In this document: piece by piece, positions 1 to 9,851 of the stretch | Layout of the letters: every line of letters begins with the position of its first letter | How positions within the stretch are numbered: position 1 is the stretch's first letter | Assembly (NCBI GenBank): GCA_003235715.1 | Contig: QJVM01000148.1 | Span: 1-58,489 of the forward strand | Reading direction: 5' to 3' | DNA: 58,489 bases | From: Nitrospirota bacterium | Lineage (GTDB): Bacteria > Nitrospirota > Thermodesulfovibrionia > SZUA-242 | The notes under the pieces: generated by a model | Database searches by the model: none | Told to the model about the DNA's origin: nothing | Seen by the model: the letters and a program-made list of their open reading frames with translations, nothing else | Position numbers and translations under genes: made by a program

Positions 1-175
1 TTCTCATCTTCTCGATGCTTTCGATGGCCAGGAGACTCACCTGGCGGTGCCACGTGGACGACGCATGCGCATCCGTCTCGATTCCGAACCCCTCGCGCAC
101 CAAGGCCTTCGGAACAGGGGTTTTGCGCTCGCCCTTGCGCGCGCTGATATTGATGGAAACAACCTTTCCGGTCAT
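1..175 (-). CDS. MOSC domain-containing protein (partial; the N-terminal part lies in the window and the gene runs off the left edge)
   Basis: The reverse strand from the ATG at 175 reads MTGKVVSINISARKGERKTPVPKALVREGFGIETDAHASSTWHRQVSLLAIESIEKMR, which is typical of small MOSC proteins. It is not in the ORF track because the reading frame is open-ended. Confidence 0.6.
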   Translation of the reverse strand, partial: MTGKVVSINISARKGERKTPVPKALVREGFGIETDAHASSTWHRQVSLLAIESIEKMR

Positions 176-245
176 GTTCCTCACGATAACGAAGGAAGGG
201 CCGTCACGTCAAGCAACCTCGGGTAAACATTAGGCTTTTCGTTCC

Positions 246-275
246 TTGACTTAGGCCGCGGCACCTCTCTATAAT
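246..275 (+). promoter_or_regulatory. Sigma-70-like promoter upstream of trxA
   Basis: TTGACT (246-251), an 18-nt spacer, then TATAAT (270-275), about 45 nt upstream of the trxA start. Confidence 0.4.
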
Positions 276-319
276 GACCTCTCGCGTTTGGACTCATTCT
301 TAATGTAGGGGAGGATTGG

Positions 320-649
320 ATGGGAGATACGGTGAAAGCGGTGACATCGGCCGACTGGGAATCTCAGGTGAACAAGGATCCGGGACTGGTTATGGTTGAT
401 TTCTGGGCGACGTGGTGTGGCCCCTGCAGAATGGTGGCTCCTGTGGTGGAGAAGCTGGCGGGCGAGTACGTGGGCCGGGTCAAGGTGATGAAGTTGAACA
501 CGGACGAGAATCCGGATATTGCCAGTAAGTACGGCATCCAGGGGATTCCTACCCTGATGTTCTTTAAAGAAGGCAAAAAGATTGACCAGATCGTCGGAGC
601 TGTTCCCGAAGCAACGCTTCGGGCGAAGTTCGACACTCTTCTGGGCTGA
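320..649 (+). CDS. trxA: Thioredoxin
   Basis: 109 aa with the WCGPC active site (FWATWCGPCRMVAP) and a typical Trx fold sequence. GGAGG RBS upstream. Confidence 0.95.
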   Translation: MGDTVKAVTSADWESQVNKDPGLVMVDFWATWCGPCRMVAPVVEKLAGEYVGRVKVMKLNTDENPDIASKYGIQGIPTLMFFKEGKKIDQIVGAVPEATLRAKFDTLLG

Positions 650-772
650 TTGAGGTATTAATCCCGGGACCTTGCTCTCGGGAGGTTGTGACAGGCAAAG
701 CCTTTGGGAATGATGGCCCTGCCGGTTAATCCTGGCAGGGCCTTCCTGATTAACGTGGAAATCCGGAACGTG

Positions 773-1351
773 ATGAATTCTTACTCCTGCAGCGGCAGGG
801 AAAGTGACCCGTCGGCCCCGGCCGGGCTTCCTTGGCGGAAGGGCGTGATCTTCCTCTTTCTTGCGTTTGCCGTCTTCCTTCAAGGGTGCGATAAAACGCC
901 GGACAAGATTCGGGCGGTAAAGGGAGAAAAGGCGCCGAGCTTTTCCCTTATGAACCTCGACGGAGACCAGGTCGCACTCGCTGACTTTGAAGGGAAGGTG
1001 ATTGTCGTCGAGTTCTGGGCCACATGGTGTCCGCCGTGTCGCGAATCCCTTCCGGCAACGAACAAGCTTTTCCGGAAATATCGGGACAGGGGATTGGCGG
1101 CGGTGGCCATTGCTGTGCAGGACCAGCCAGACCAGGTGGCCGATTTTGTAAGAGAGAAATCCATCGATATTCCTGTTCTTATGGATGACGGCGCCGTCTC
1201 ACAGGTGTACGGGGTCCGGGGTATTCCTGCCATGTTCTTCATCAACCGGGCAGGGCTGGTGACAAATGAGCTCGAGGGATATCGTCCCAGTGTGGACCGG
1301 GAGATCGAGAGCCGGGTGGAGGAACTCCTGGCCGAGCCTGCCGCTCAGTGA
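773..1351 (+). CDS. TlpA/ResA-family thiol:disulfide oxidoreductase (redoxin), probable lipoprotein
   Basis: WATWCPPC motif, AhpC/TSA-redoxin-like sequence, and an N-terminal hydrophobic segment ending in the lipobox-like LQGC. The start is set at Met24 of the ORF (704 is the longest alternative). Confidence 0.85.
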   Translation: MNSYSCSGRESDPSAPAGLPWRKGVIFLFLAFAVFLQGCDKTPDKIRAVKGEKAPSFSLMNLDGDQVALADFEGKVIVVEFWATWCPPCRESLPATNKLFRKYRDRGLAAVAIAVQDQPDQVADFVREKSIDIPVLMDDGAVSQVYGVRGIPAMFFINRAGLVTNELEGYRPSVDREIESRVEELLAEPAAQ

Positions 1352-1399
1352 TGACGCTGATATGATCTATCTCCCGAGACCACGGGAATAAACACTCAC

Positions 1400-2725
1400 A
1401 TGTTCGAATCACTTACTGACAAACTCGAAGGTGTCTTCAAAAGGCTGAAAGGCCGGGGACTGCTCAAGGAAGAGGACGTTGCTGCTGCCATGAAGGAGGT
1501 TCGCATGGCCCTCCTTGAGGCGGATGTGAACTTTCGGGCCGTAAAGGCGTTTGTTGAGAAGGTCAAGGAGAGGGCCGTCGGCAAGGAGGTTCTGGAGAGC
1601 CTGACGCCGGGCCAGCAGGTGGTCAAGGTTGTTCGCGATGAGCTGGTTTCCCTTATGGGGGATGTGCACAAGGGGATACGGTTGGCCCCTAATCCGCCCA
1701 CGGTGATCATGGTGATCGGTCTGCAAGGATCAGGAAAGACCACCTCTGTTGCCAAGATGGCCATGACGTTCAGAAAAGAGGGCCGGCGACCAATGCTTGT
1801 CGCGGCTGACACGCAGAGACCGGCTGCGATCACCCAGTTGCAGTCGCTGGGTAAGACCGTGGGCGTACCGGTCCATGCAACCCAGGAAAAGGATGATCCG
1901 GTCAGAATCTGCCGGGATGCTGTGACCCGGGCCCGGAACGAGGCTCATGACATCGTCATCCTGGATACGGCGGGCCGGCTTCAGATCGATACTGATCTGA
2001 TGAACCAGCTCAAGGAAATCCGTCGGGACGTTTCTCCCCATGAGGTCTTGCTTGTGGCTGATGCCATGACCGGCCAGGAGGCCGTGAACATTGCGGAGAC
2101 TTTTGACAAGGAGATCGGGATTGACGGGGTGATCCTGACCAAGATGGACGGCGATGCCCGGGGGGGGGCCGCTCTGTCGATTACCTGGGTCACGGGAAAG
2201 CCCGTTAAATTTATTGGGGTTGGCGAGAAACTTGACCCTCTCGAGGCGTTTCATCCGGACCGTGTGGCTTCGCGCATACTCGGGATGGGGGATGTTCTCA
2301 GCCTCATTGAAAAGGCCCAGGAGGCCGTTGAGGAAAAGGAGGCTCTGGAGCTCGAGGAGAAGCTGCTCTCGGATTCTTTCAGCCTTGAGGATCTTCGGGA
2401 CCAGATGAGGCAGATTCGAAAGATGGGACCCCTGCAGGGTCTTCTTGGAATGGTGCCTGGGCTGGGGTCGAAGTTGAAGGATGTGAATGTGGACGAAGGC
2501 CAGTTGAGGAGGGTCGAGGCGATTATCAACTCCATGACTCCCCTCGAACGGCGCAATCATGCTATCATTAAAGGCAGTCGTCGCCGCAGAATCGCGGACG
2601 GGAGTGGTGTGACCATTGCCGACGTTAATCGTCTTCTCAAGCAGTACATCCAGATGAGGAAGATGATGAAGCGTTTCACAGGCATGAAGGGCAAGAGATT
2701 TCCGGGGCTTCCCCGGTTTATGTAA
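1400..2725 (+). CDS. ffh: Signal recognition particle protein Ffh
   Basis: 441 aa. NG domain with GLQGSGKTT, DTAGR and TKMDGDARGG; Met-rich C-terminal M domain. Confidence 0.97.
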   Translation: MFESLTDKLEGVFKRLKGRGLLKEEDVAAAMKEVRMALLEADVNFRAVKAFVEKVKERAVGKEVLESLTPGQQVVKVVRDELVSLMGDVHKGIRLAPNPPTVIMVIGLQGSGKTTSVAKMAMTFRKEGRRPMLVAADTQRPAAITQLQSLGKTVGVPVHATQEKDDPVRICRDAVTRARNEAHDIVILDTAGRLQIDTDLMNQLKEIRRDVSPHEVLLVADAMTGQEAVNIAETFDKEIGIDGVILTKMDGDARGGAALSITWVTGKPVKFIGVGEKLDPLEAFHPDRVASRILGMGDVLSLIEKAQEAVEEKEALELEEKLLSDSFSLEDLRDQMRQIRKMGPLQGLLGMVPGLGSKLKDVNVDEGQLRRVEAIINSMTPLERRNHAIIKGSRRRRIADGSGVTIADVNRLLKQYIQMRKMMKRFTGMKGKRFPGLPRFM

Positions 2726-2737
2726 GGAGGTATTGAG

Positions 2738-2977
2738 TTGGTCAAGATTAGGCTTACGCGCATTGGCGCCAAGAAGAACCCCTTTTACAGAGTCATTGTT
2801 ACGGACTCCAAGTCCAGAAGGGACGGTCCGTTTCTGGAAATTATTGGAACCTATGATCCTCTGCCGGATCCGTCGGAGATCAAGATAGACACGGAGCGTG
2901 CGAAGCATTGGCTGAGCGTGGGGGCCCAGCCTTCATCTACCGTGAAGAAGATTTTCAGTATAGCCGGGGTCTCCTGA
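2738..2977 (+). CDS. rpsP: 30S ribosomal protein S16
   Basis: [29 protein letters not shown]...; conserved ffh-rpsP-rimM-trmD-rplS synteny. TTG start. Confidence 0.95.
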   Translation: MVKIRLTRIGAKKNPFYRVIVTDSKSRRDGPFLEIIGTYDPLPDPSEIKIDTERAKHWLSVGAQPSSTVKKIFSIAGVS

Positions 2978-3117
2978 TTTCAAAGCACGGCTTTGCTCGT
3001 GCCGGCGCCTCAATAAAGGGGTGCCTGCCGGAACAGTTGGACCGCCCGCTTAGAGGGGTACTTCTGAGATGAACAGGGAGGGATTTTCAGGCTGATGCCG
3101 ACGGGAGACCTGATGAG

Positions 3118-3636
3118 TTGATACACCAAGTAATTGTCGGGCAGATTGTGTCAGCCCGGGGCGTCAAAGGGGAGGTCAAGGTATTGCCCCTTGTGGACGA
3201 CCCGGCTTTTTTTTCAAGAATTGGGCGAGTTTGGCTTGGTCTTACGGATGCCGGAGGAGAACCCCAGCGCATCCTTCGGGCCCGACCGGAAAAGGGGCAT
3301 GTGCTGCTTCAGTTGGAAGGGATAGATACCCGTACGGCTGCGGAAGCCCTGACCGGTCTGAAGTTGTCGGTCCCACGGTCGGAAATGCCTCCTCTTGAGG
3401 AAGGGCTTTACTACCATTTCCAACTTGAGGGACTGAGGGTTCAGACGGACGACGGGGCGTTTCTCGGAATTCTTGATCATATTATGGAAACAGGCAGCAA
3501 CGACGTCTATGTTGTCCGCAGCCCGGACGGAGAGGAACTGCTGATTCCGGCCACCAGGGAAGTGGTTCGAGCGGTCAATTTAGAGGAAAAAACGATCACA
3601 GTGTCCGTGATGGAGGGGATGTTTGGGGAAGAGTGA
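3118..3636 (+). CDS. rimM: 16S rRNA processing protein RimM
   Basis: VGQIVSARGVKGEVKV N-terminal signature with a PRC-barrel C-terminus; sits between rpsP and trmD. TTG start. Confidence 0.9.
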   Translation: MIHQVIVGQIVSARGVKGEVKVLPLVDDPAFFSRIGRVWLGLTDAGGEPQRILRARPEKGHVLLQLEGIDTRTAAEALTGLKLSVPRSEMPPLEEGLYYHFQLEGLRVQTDDGAFLGILDHIMETGSNDVYVVRSPDGEELLIPATREVVRAVNLEEKTITVSVMEGMFGEE

Positions 3637-3702
3637 GGAGGGTCGCCCGGATTCCCCGACGGGAATTACCTCACCGTCTTCGGACCCCACGGCGAGGCCG
3701 TA

Positions 3703-4458
3703 ATGCTTGTCTGTGAGGTCCTGACCCTTTTTCCCGGGATAATCGACGCCTATGCATCAGAAAGCATTCTCGGAAAGGCCCAAGCTTCCGGTTTCGTCCG
3801 AGTTCACAGCATTAATATAAGGGATTTTGCGGAGGGTAAACATCGGGTGACGGATGACCAGCCGTACGGCGGGGGCGGCGGAATGGTCATGAAGGCGGCT
3901 CCCATATTCGAGGCTGTGGACCGGCTGAGGTTGGATGGGGAGGAGCGTCGTATTCTTTTTCCGAGTCCCCAGGGAAGAAGGTTCGACCAGGCTTTTGCCG
4001 AGGAACTGTCCCTTGAGTCGCGCCGGCTGACCATCGTATGCGGACGGTACGAGGGGGTCGACGAAAGGGTGATGGCGGGCCTTGTTGACGACGAGGTCTC
4101 CCTGGGGGATTATGTCTTGACTGGTGGAGAACTGGCCGCCCTTGCTATAATAGACGCTTGCGTACGCCTTATTCCCGGAGTCTTGGGGGACGCGCGGTCG
4201 TCGAGTGTTGATTCTTTTTCTTGGGACGGCCTCCTCGACTATCCTCATTATACGCGGCCGCCAGTCTATCGCGGAATGCGGGTTCCGGAGGTGTTGCTCT
4301 CCGGGAATCATGAAGAGGTCCGGCGCTGGCGACGGAAGGAAGCCTTGAGAAGGACTCTGGTCCGGAGGCCCGATTTGATTGACCGGGCGGTTCTGGATGT
4401 GGAAGATCAGACCTTGATTACTGAGATAAAGAAGGAGGAAGGACATGAACAGGATTAG
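3703..4458 (+). CDS. trmD: tRNA (guanine37-N1)-methyltransferase TrmD
   Basis: 251 aa with [25 protein letters not shown] and LTGGELAA motifs. Confidence 0.95.
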   Translation: MLVCEVLTLFPGIIDAYASESILGKAQASGFVRVHSINIRDFAEGKHRVTDDQPYGGGGGMVMKAAPIFEAVDRLRLDGEERRILFPSPQGRRFDQAFAEELSLESRRLTIVCGRYEGVDERVMAGLVDDEVSLGDYVLTGGELAALAIIDACVRLIPGVLGDARSSSVDSFSWDGLLDYPHYTRPPVYRGMRVPEVLLSGNHEEVRRWRRKEALRRTLVRRPDLIDRAVLDVEDQTLITEIKKEEGHEQD

Positions 4459-4801
4459 CGCCCTTGAGGGCGGCTTCAAACGCGAGTGGCCCCAGTTTGC
4501 TCCGGGTGACACGTTGAAAGTGCACCTTAAAGTGAAGGAAGGCGACAAGGAGAGGGTCCAGGTTTTTCAGGGCGTTGTGATTTCCAGACGTGGAAGCGGT
4601 ACGCGGGAGACCTTTACGGTGCGAAAGATCTCCTACGGAATCGGGGTTGAGCGAATCATCCCTTTGTTCTCGCCCTTGATCGAGAAGATCGAGGTCATGA
4701 AACGAGGGCGCGTCCGACGCGCCAAGCTCTATTACCTCAGGGGTAAGAAGGGCAAGGAAGCCAAGGTCAAGGACAAGGATATGTTCACCAAGACCAGCTG
4801 A
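4445..4801 (+). CDS. rplS: 50S ribosomal protein L19
   Basis: [35 protein letters not shown]...FTVRK is a classic L19 sequence. Overlaps the trmD stop. Confidence 0.95.
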   Translation: MNRISALEGGFKREWPQFAPGDTLKVHLKVKEGDKERVQVFQGVVISRRGSGTRETFTVRKISYGIGVERIIPLFSPLIEKIEVMKRGRVRRAKLYYLRGKKGKEAKVKDKDMFTKTS

Positions 4802-4806
4802 CGGCT

Positions 4807-5439
4807 GTGTTCATGCCTCGCTCCCAGGCGCTCTTCGAATTTGACCGTACGCTTCGGAACCAGGGGGTGTGCCGGCTTGGTGGGGTGGATGAGGTCGGAA
4901 GAGGTCCTCTGGCGGGCCCTGTCGTCGCGGTGACGATGGTCCTGCCGGAGGATTTTTTTTTGGATGGGCTGAACGATTCCAAAGTCATCCGGCCAAAGGA
5001 ACGGGCCCGAATGGCGCGGGAACTCGTCATGGCGTGCACGGATATCGGTGTTGGTGTCGTTGAAGCAGGGGTGATTGACCAGGTGAACATCCTGGAGGCG
5101 ACGCGTATGGCCATGATGGCGGCCGTGGAGGATCTCTTGAGACCGGTGGACCTTCTCCTGACTGACGCCATACGTCTCCCCCTGCTCATGATGAGCCAGA
5201 AGGCCATAATTCGTGGTGACGCGACGAGCGCATCCATTGCCGCGGCTTCGGTGGTGGCCAAGGAGATCCGTGATGGAATTATGCTTGGTTATGATCGGGT
5301 CTATCCCCAATACGAATTTCGACGTCACAAGGGATACGGGACGCCGGCCCATCTCAGGCACCTTGCGGTGCACGGTCCGTGCGCGATACATAGGAAGAGT
5401 TTTGCACCGGTCCGCGAACTCAGACTTCCTTTTTCCTGA
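4807..5439 (+). CDS. rnhB: Ribonuclease HII
   Basis: GVDEVGRGPLAGPVV active-site motif, DSKV, and a GYGT...H C-terminus; follows rplS as in many bacteria. Confidence 0.92.
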   Translation: MFMPRSQALFEFDRTLRNQGVCRLGGVDEVGRGPLAGPVVAVTMVLPEDFFLDGLNDSKVIRPKERARMARELVMACTDIGVGVVEAGVIDQVNILEATRMAMMAAVEDLLRPVDLLLTDAIRLPLLMMSQKAIIRGDATSASIAAASVVAKEIRDGIMLGYDRVYPQYEFRRHKGYGTPAHLRHLAVHGPCAIHRKSFAPVRELRLPFS

Positions 5440-5603
5440 TGGTTTTTTGTTCAGGCCTTCCTTCTATGCCTTCCGGTTGGCTGGATACCAGGAACGTGCC
5501 GCACGGCCGGAAATGGGCGCCCCTTTCTCCTGCCTGAGGCTACACGGTCCCTCTTTTCCTCAAGGTGACGACACGGAGTTCAATCCAGAGCGAGGGCTTT
5601 CCC

Positions 5604-6464
5604 ATGGTTAACGAGAGCGTGCTCTGGGAGGATTACGAACTCATTGACTCGGGTCACGGCCGGAAACTGGAGCGTTACGGCCCTTACACGCTTGTTCGTC
5701 CGGACCCGCAGGCGATCTGGGGAACATCGCTTCCTGAAAGCGAGTGGAACAGGGCCGACGCCTCTTACGTTAGAGAGCATGAGGAGGGAGGCTGGCACTT
5801 CCGCCGCCCTCTGCCCGAACACTGGACCATTCGTTTCCGCGAACTCTGCTTCAAGGTGAAGCCGACCTCGTTTAAACATACCGGGGTTTTTCCCGAGCAG
5901 GCCGTTAACTGGGTCTGGTTACAGGGCGTTCTGAAGCACTACGGACCTGCGGATGTTCTGAACCTGTTTGCCTATACCGGTGGAGCTACCCTTGCCGCGG
6001 CAACTTCGGGCGCGCGGGTATGCCACGTGGATGCATCCAAGGGGGCTGTGCGTTGGGCCCGAGAGAATCAGCAACTCTCGGGACTCCAGGAGAAACCGGT
6101 GCGCTGGATTCAGGACGATGTCCAGGCTTTTGTGTCCCGGGAACTGAGGCGGGGACACCGCTACCACGGGATCATCATGGATCCCCCGCCCTATGGGAGA
6201 GGGGTGTCGGGTGAACTCTGGAAGATCGAGACGCACCTTTGCGACTTTGTGAAGCGGTGTGCTCGACTCCTGCATGATAAGCCAGCTTTCTTCCTGATAA
6301 ACGGCTACGCGACGGGTTACTCGCATCACAGCTTCCGAAATCTGCTGGATGAACAGTTGAGCCGATACCCCGGGACTATCCTGTCCGGTGATATGCTGCT
6401 TCCGCATTCATCCTCCGGCAAGTTTCTTCCATGCGGGGTATTTGCGCGATGGTCAGGAATTTGA
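5604..6464 (+). CDS. Class I SAM-dependent methyltransferase (RlmI/RlmK-like, PF10672-type)
   Basis: LNLFAYTGGATLAAA (SAM motif I), CHVDASKGAVRWAREN and IIMDPPPYG. The start is taken at the internal Met (MVNESVLWEDYELID); 5565 is the longest ORF. Confidence 0.75.
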   Translation: MVNESVLWEDYELIDSGHGRKLERYGPYTLVRPDPQAIWGTSLPESEWNRADASYVREHEEGGWHFRRPLPEHWTIRFRELCFKVKPTSFKHTGVFPEQAVNWVWLQGVLKHYGPADVLNLFAYTGGATLAAATSGARVCHVDASKGAVRWARENQQLSGLQEKPVRWIQDDVQAFVSRELRRGHRYHGIIMDPPPYGRGVSGELWKIETHLCDFVKRCARLLHDKPAFFLINGYATGYSHHSFRNLLDEQLSRYPGTILSGDMLLPHSSSGKFLPCGVFARWSGI

Positions 6465-6514
6465 GCCTTCATCGGGGGAGATGAGAGCCGGCGCCCCAGT
6501 CTGGCCACAGATCC

Positions 6515-7246
6515 ATGGCCGATAAGACATATATGCCTGTCATTATTTACGAGGATAATCACTGTCTTGTGGTTAACAAGCCCTGGAATATGCTCGTTCA
6601 GCCGGATGATACAGGGGACATCAGCCTTTACGCCTGGGCGCAGGAGTGGGTCAAAAAAAAATCCCGTAAGCAGGGAAACGTTTATATCGGAATCGTGCAC
6701 AGGCTTGACCGTCCGGCTGGTGGAATTGTTCTTCTGGCCCGAACATCCAAGGCCGCATCGCGATTCTCAAATCAGTTCAGGGAAGGTCGGGTCGGCAAAC
6801 ACTATCTTGTTGTGGTAGAGGGAGATCCGGGGCCGCCCGGGGAACGGATTCACTACCTTAGAAAGAACGAGCGCTTGAACAGGACGCGGGTTAGTCTTGT
6901 GCCCGGAAGAGGACGCCGATCCCGTCTGACGATAAAGGCCGTCTGGCGGTCTGGAGGTCTTGCCTTGCTATGGATCGAGCTTGACACAGGGCGGTCCCAC
7001 CAGATTAGGGCCCAGCTATCCCATGAGCGCTGTCCCGTCGTAGGGGATCTTCGCTATGGTGCTTCAGGACCCCTTCCTGGCAAGCACATTGCTCTCTTTT
7101 CGTGGCGCATCGTGTTTGAGCACCCAACCCGAAAAATCACGGAAGTCCTGACATGCCCGCCTCCCTGGGACGAATATCCTTGGAATGAATTCCGGACGCA
7201 GGTGGATGCACTTCCCCCGGTTCCTGAGAATGGCATGCCCCAATAG
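6515..7246 (+). CDS. RluA-family pseudouridine synthase (no S4 domain)
   Basis: HRLDRPAGGIVLLART catalytic-Asp motif and TGRSHQIRAQL motif. Confidence 0.85.
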   Translation: MADKTYMPVIIYEDNHCLVVNKPWNMLVQPDDTGDISLYAWAQEWVKKKSRKQGNVYIGIVHRLDRPAGGIVLLARTSKAASRFSNQFREGRVGKHYLVVVEGDPGPPGERIHYLRKNERLNRTRVSLVPGRGRRSRLTIKAVWRSGGLALLWIELDTGRSHQIRAQLSHERCPVVGDLRYGASGPLPGKHIALFSWRIVFEHPTRKITEVLTCPPPWDEYPWNEFRTQVDALPPVPENGMPQ

Positions 7247-7350
7247 GTCCGGGCCGGAAACTCCGTTGGCCATGAGGTCGGCCGCAGGGTAACGTTCCTT
7301 GGGCGCACGGGCCCCTGTACCGGAAATATAGCGAAACCCGCATGGCGAGG

Positions 7351-7390
7351 AACAAAAGAAAACCCCGGGGCCTATTGCAGTCCCGGGGCT
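7351..7390. terminator. Rho-independent terminator between the convergent rluA-like and cytochrome genes
   Basis: CCCCGGG/CCCGGGG stem (7363-7389) with an 11-nt loop. It is followed by TTTTCTTTTGTT on the minus strand and CTTTGTTTCC on the plus strand. Confidence 0.5.
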
Positions 7391-7418
7391 TTGTTTCCGT
7401 AATGCTCACATCAAAAGG

Positions 7419-7736
7419 TTACTGAACGTGACATTTCTTGCAATTTTCTGCTGCCTTGGCATCAAAGGCATCCTTGCCGTTGTGACACACACCACAAGCC
7501 TGACCTTCGTTAATGGCTTTCATTGTGATCTGTGTGGAACCCTTCTTCATTTTGAAGGCTTTCGGGTGGCAGTCATTGCACTTCTTGCCGGCTGTCGAGT
7601 GAATCTTTCCGTCGAAAACAACCTTTCCGGCTCCGCCACCTTCAAACTCGACCGTCTTTCCCGGCGGAACGGCCACGGCTGTTCCGACGAGACCCAGGGC
7701 CACCAGGCCTACGACCAAAACAAGTAGTAAACGCAT
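7419..7736 (-). CDS. Periplasmic triheme c-type cytochrome (c7/c3 family)
   Basis: 105 aa with an N-terminal signal peptide (LVVGLVALGLVGTAVA). Three CxxCH motifs: CNDCH, CGVCH and CKKCH. GGAGG RBS. Confidence 0.85.
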   Translation of the reverse strand: MRLLLVLVVGLVALGLVGTAVAVPPGKTVEFEGGGAGKVVFDGKIHSTAGKKCNDCHPKAFKMKKGSTQITMKAINEGQACGVCHNGKDAFDAKAAENCKKCHVQ

Positions 7737-8228
7737 GCGTCATTCACCTCCTTTCCTTGATGGTATGTGTGATTTCGCTATCATTAACCACGGATACATG
7801 GCTTAGCCGAACCCGCGGGCGTATGGTCGGGATACCACGTTCGAAGAACCGGCTGAAGAAATTACGGGCCGGTACAGTAGAATCAAAGGTCTTGAACATA
7901 TCCGGCACGGTTTTCATCCTAGACAAGAATAATCCGGCAAGTCAAGCCAAACGGAACCAGGAATCTCTATTCTTTAAAGATCTATTTTTAGTTTTCCACT
8001 GCAGATGCCGATCACATAGGGGTTGGGAACGGTCACGAATCCGGGGGGCTGGACCCGGGTTACTCAACCCTGGCGTAAAAGTAACACCTGACAGCCCGGA
8101 CGTGGAGTGTTCCGCAAGAGAATACTTAATGTTAGAATACTCCGCCGTAATTGGTATGAATTGTGCAAAACAGTTGCGTCCTGACGGCAATGATACAGCA
8201 ACAGAATAATCAAGGTGCATATCTGAGC

Positions 8229-9851
8229 ATGCGAACACGGCTTTCCTCTATGCTGGTTGTGCTTTGCGCTGCGGTGGCTTTGTCCGGTTGCGGGCTTTCC
8301 ACGGGGAGCGTCCAGCCGGAAATCTCGGAAGCCAACCCAGCAAGCGGGGCGGGCGCAGTAACCATGGACTCCAGACGGCGAGAATGTCCGGTTGAGTTTG
8401 AGGAAAGTTCCTGGCTGGAGAGAATTTCCGCAGATCCCGAGCCGGTGGACGGGAAATTGTCCGAGGCTCCATCCGAGGCATCATCTCTGAGGGGCTCCGC
8501 CTCCCCACCGGGTCATGGTTTGTTTTCGGGCGGTATTTACGCGGCTGTCCCAACTGAGTCCGAATTTCTTGAAAGATTTCCCTGGTCGCGTCCGGTTGAC
8601 CGCTGTCTCCCGGACCGGGTCACGGTATATGAACTCCACGCGGCCTCCGGGGAAGGTTTTCCGGACGTTTCAGGCATTACGTCGGGTGATTCCCCTCTTT
8701 TCCAAACGGTATTTCTCGATCTGCCGCTGAATCGTGCGGTGGAGGAGAATATCAGGATGTTCCAGTCCGAGAAGATGCGGCCGAGATTCCAGAAATGGCT
8801 TGAACGTTCCGGTCTTTATCTGGATTTGATGTCGGAAATTTTCAGGCAGGCGGGCATGCCGGATGACTTGGTCTACCTGGCGCTCATCGAAAGCGGGTTC
8901 AACACCCATGCCTATTCCTGGCAGAGGGCGGCAGGTCCCTGGCAGTTTATTGAAAGTACGGGACGCCGCTACGGGCTGAGCGTCAACTGGTGGGTTGATG
9001 AGCGCCGGGATCCCATCAAGTCTGCAGAGGCCGCAGCCCGTTATCTGGGAGACCTGTATGAATTGTTCGGTTCCTGGGACCTGGCCATGGCCGCCTATAA
9101 CGGGGGGGAGGGCCGGATTCGACGGGCTGTGCTCAAGACCCGGACCGATGATTTTTGGCAGATCCGGGCGACCCGCCATATCAAGAAGGAAACCAAGAAC
9201 TATGTCCCCCGCTTTATTGCAGCCTCCCTCATTGCCCGGGACCCTGAGCGGTACGGATTTATGGACGTGTCCTATCACGATCCCTTTTCGTATGACGAGG
9301 TGGTTCTCCCGACCCCTATGGATCTGGAGGTTGCCGCCCGACTTGCAGCGGTCAACGTGGCGAGAATTCAGGAACTGAACCCCGAGCTGCGCCGATGGGC
9401 GACGCCGCCGTATGAGTCCAATTATGTTCTCAGGGTTCCGAAGGGAACGGGCGAATCGTTTCTGGAACAGCTCCGGAATCTGCCTGAGGACAAACTGTTT
9501 ACGATGATGCCTTACCGAATCGAGTCAGGCGACACCCTTGCTTCGATTGCGCGAACCTACAGGGTTCCGGTGCGGGTCGTGCAAGAAATGAACCCGGGAC
9601 TGCATCCACGCAAGCTCAGGATTGGCCGGACCATTCGTATCCCCGCCTCTTCGACCCAGTGGCAGAACGACACAGGCGCTGGCAGCCGGGACCTGACATG
9701 GCCCTACCGCGTTCAGAGAGGGGACACGCTCTACTCCATTTCCAGAAAATATCAGGTCAGCCTCCGAAATCTGATGAGGGCCAATCCTCAGGTGCATCCG
9801 AAACGGCTTCGGGTGGGCGACGTGATCCATATTCCTGCCCGTTCCGCCTGA
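8229..9851 (+). CDS. Membrane-bound lytic murein transglycosylase (MltD-like) with two C-terminal LysM domains; lipoprotein
   Basis: Lipobox ALSGC; SLT domain LIESGFNTHAYSWQRAAGPWQF...AYNGGEGR. Two LysM repeats (YRIESGDTLASIARTY..., YRVQRGDTLYSISRKY...). The start is set at the internal Met preceding the signal peptide. Confidence 0.85.
   Translation: MRTRLSSMLVVLCAAVALSGCGLSTGSVQPEISEANPASGAGAVTMDSRRRECPVEFEESSWLERISADPEPVDGKLSEAPSEASSLRGSASPPGHGLFSGGIYAAVPTESEFLERFPWSRPVDRCLPDRVTVYELHAASGEGFPDVSGITSGDSPLFQTVFLDLPLNRAVEENIRMFQSEKMRPRFQKWLERSGLYLDLMSEIFRQAGMPDDLVYLALIESGFNTHAYSWQRAAGPWQFIESTGRRYGLSVNWWVDERRDPIKSAEAAARYLGDLYELFGSWDLAMAAYNGGEGRIRRAVLKTRTDDFWQIRATRHIKKETKNYVPRFIAASLIARDPERYGFMDVSYHDPFSYDEVVLPTPMDLEVAARLAAVNVARIQELNPELRRWATPPYESNYVLRVPKGTGESFLEQLRNLPEDKLFTMMPYRIESGDTLASIARTYRVPVRVVQEMNPGLHPRKLRIGRTIRIPASSTQWQNDTGAGSRDLTWPYRVQRGDTLYSISRKYQVSLRNLMRANPQVHPKRLRVGDVIHIPARSA

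Noticed and set aside
704-772. An N-terminal extension of the TlpA-like ORF.
   Set aside because: The extension is not signal-peptide-like. The internal Met at 773 places the hydrophobic segment and the LQGC lipobox at the usual distance from the N-terminus. The start remains uncertain.
1730-2908. Long antisense or alternative-frame ORFs throughout the window. Examples: 1730..2908, 15482..16750, 20014..21510, 22795..23754, 29230..30258, 39036..40274, 46497..47834, 49949..51004 and 57043..58179.
   Set aside because: Each lies opposite to, or out of frame with, a gene that has clear family motifs. They are Arg/Pro/Gly-rich with no RBS and no recognisable domains, which is typical of shadow ORFs in GC-rich DNA.
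7757-8209. The 150-aa plus-strand ORF in the cytochrome/mltD divergent intergenic region.
   Set aside because: It has no RBS and no recognisable motifs. It covers the AT-richer promoter region and overlaps the better-supported lipoprotein start of the mltD-like gene.
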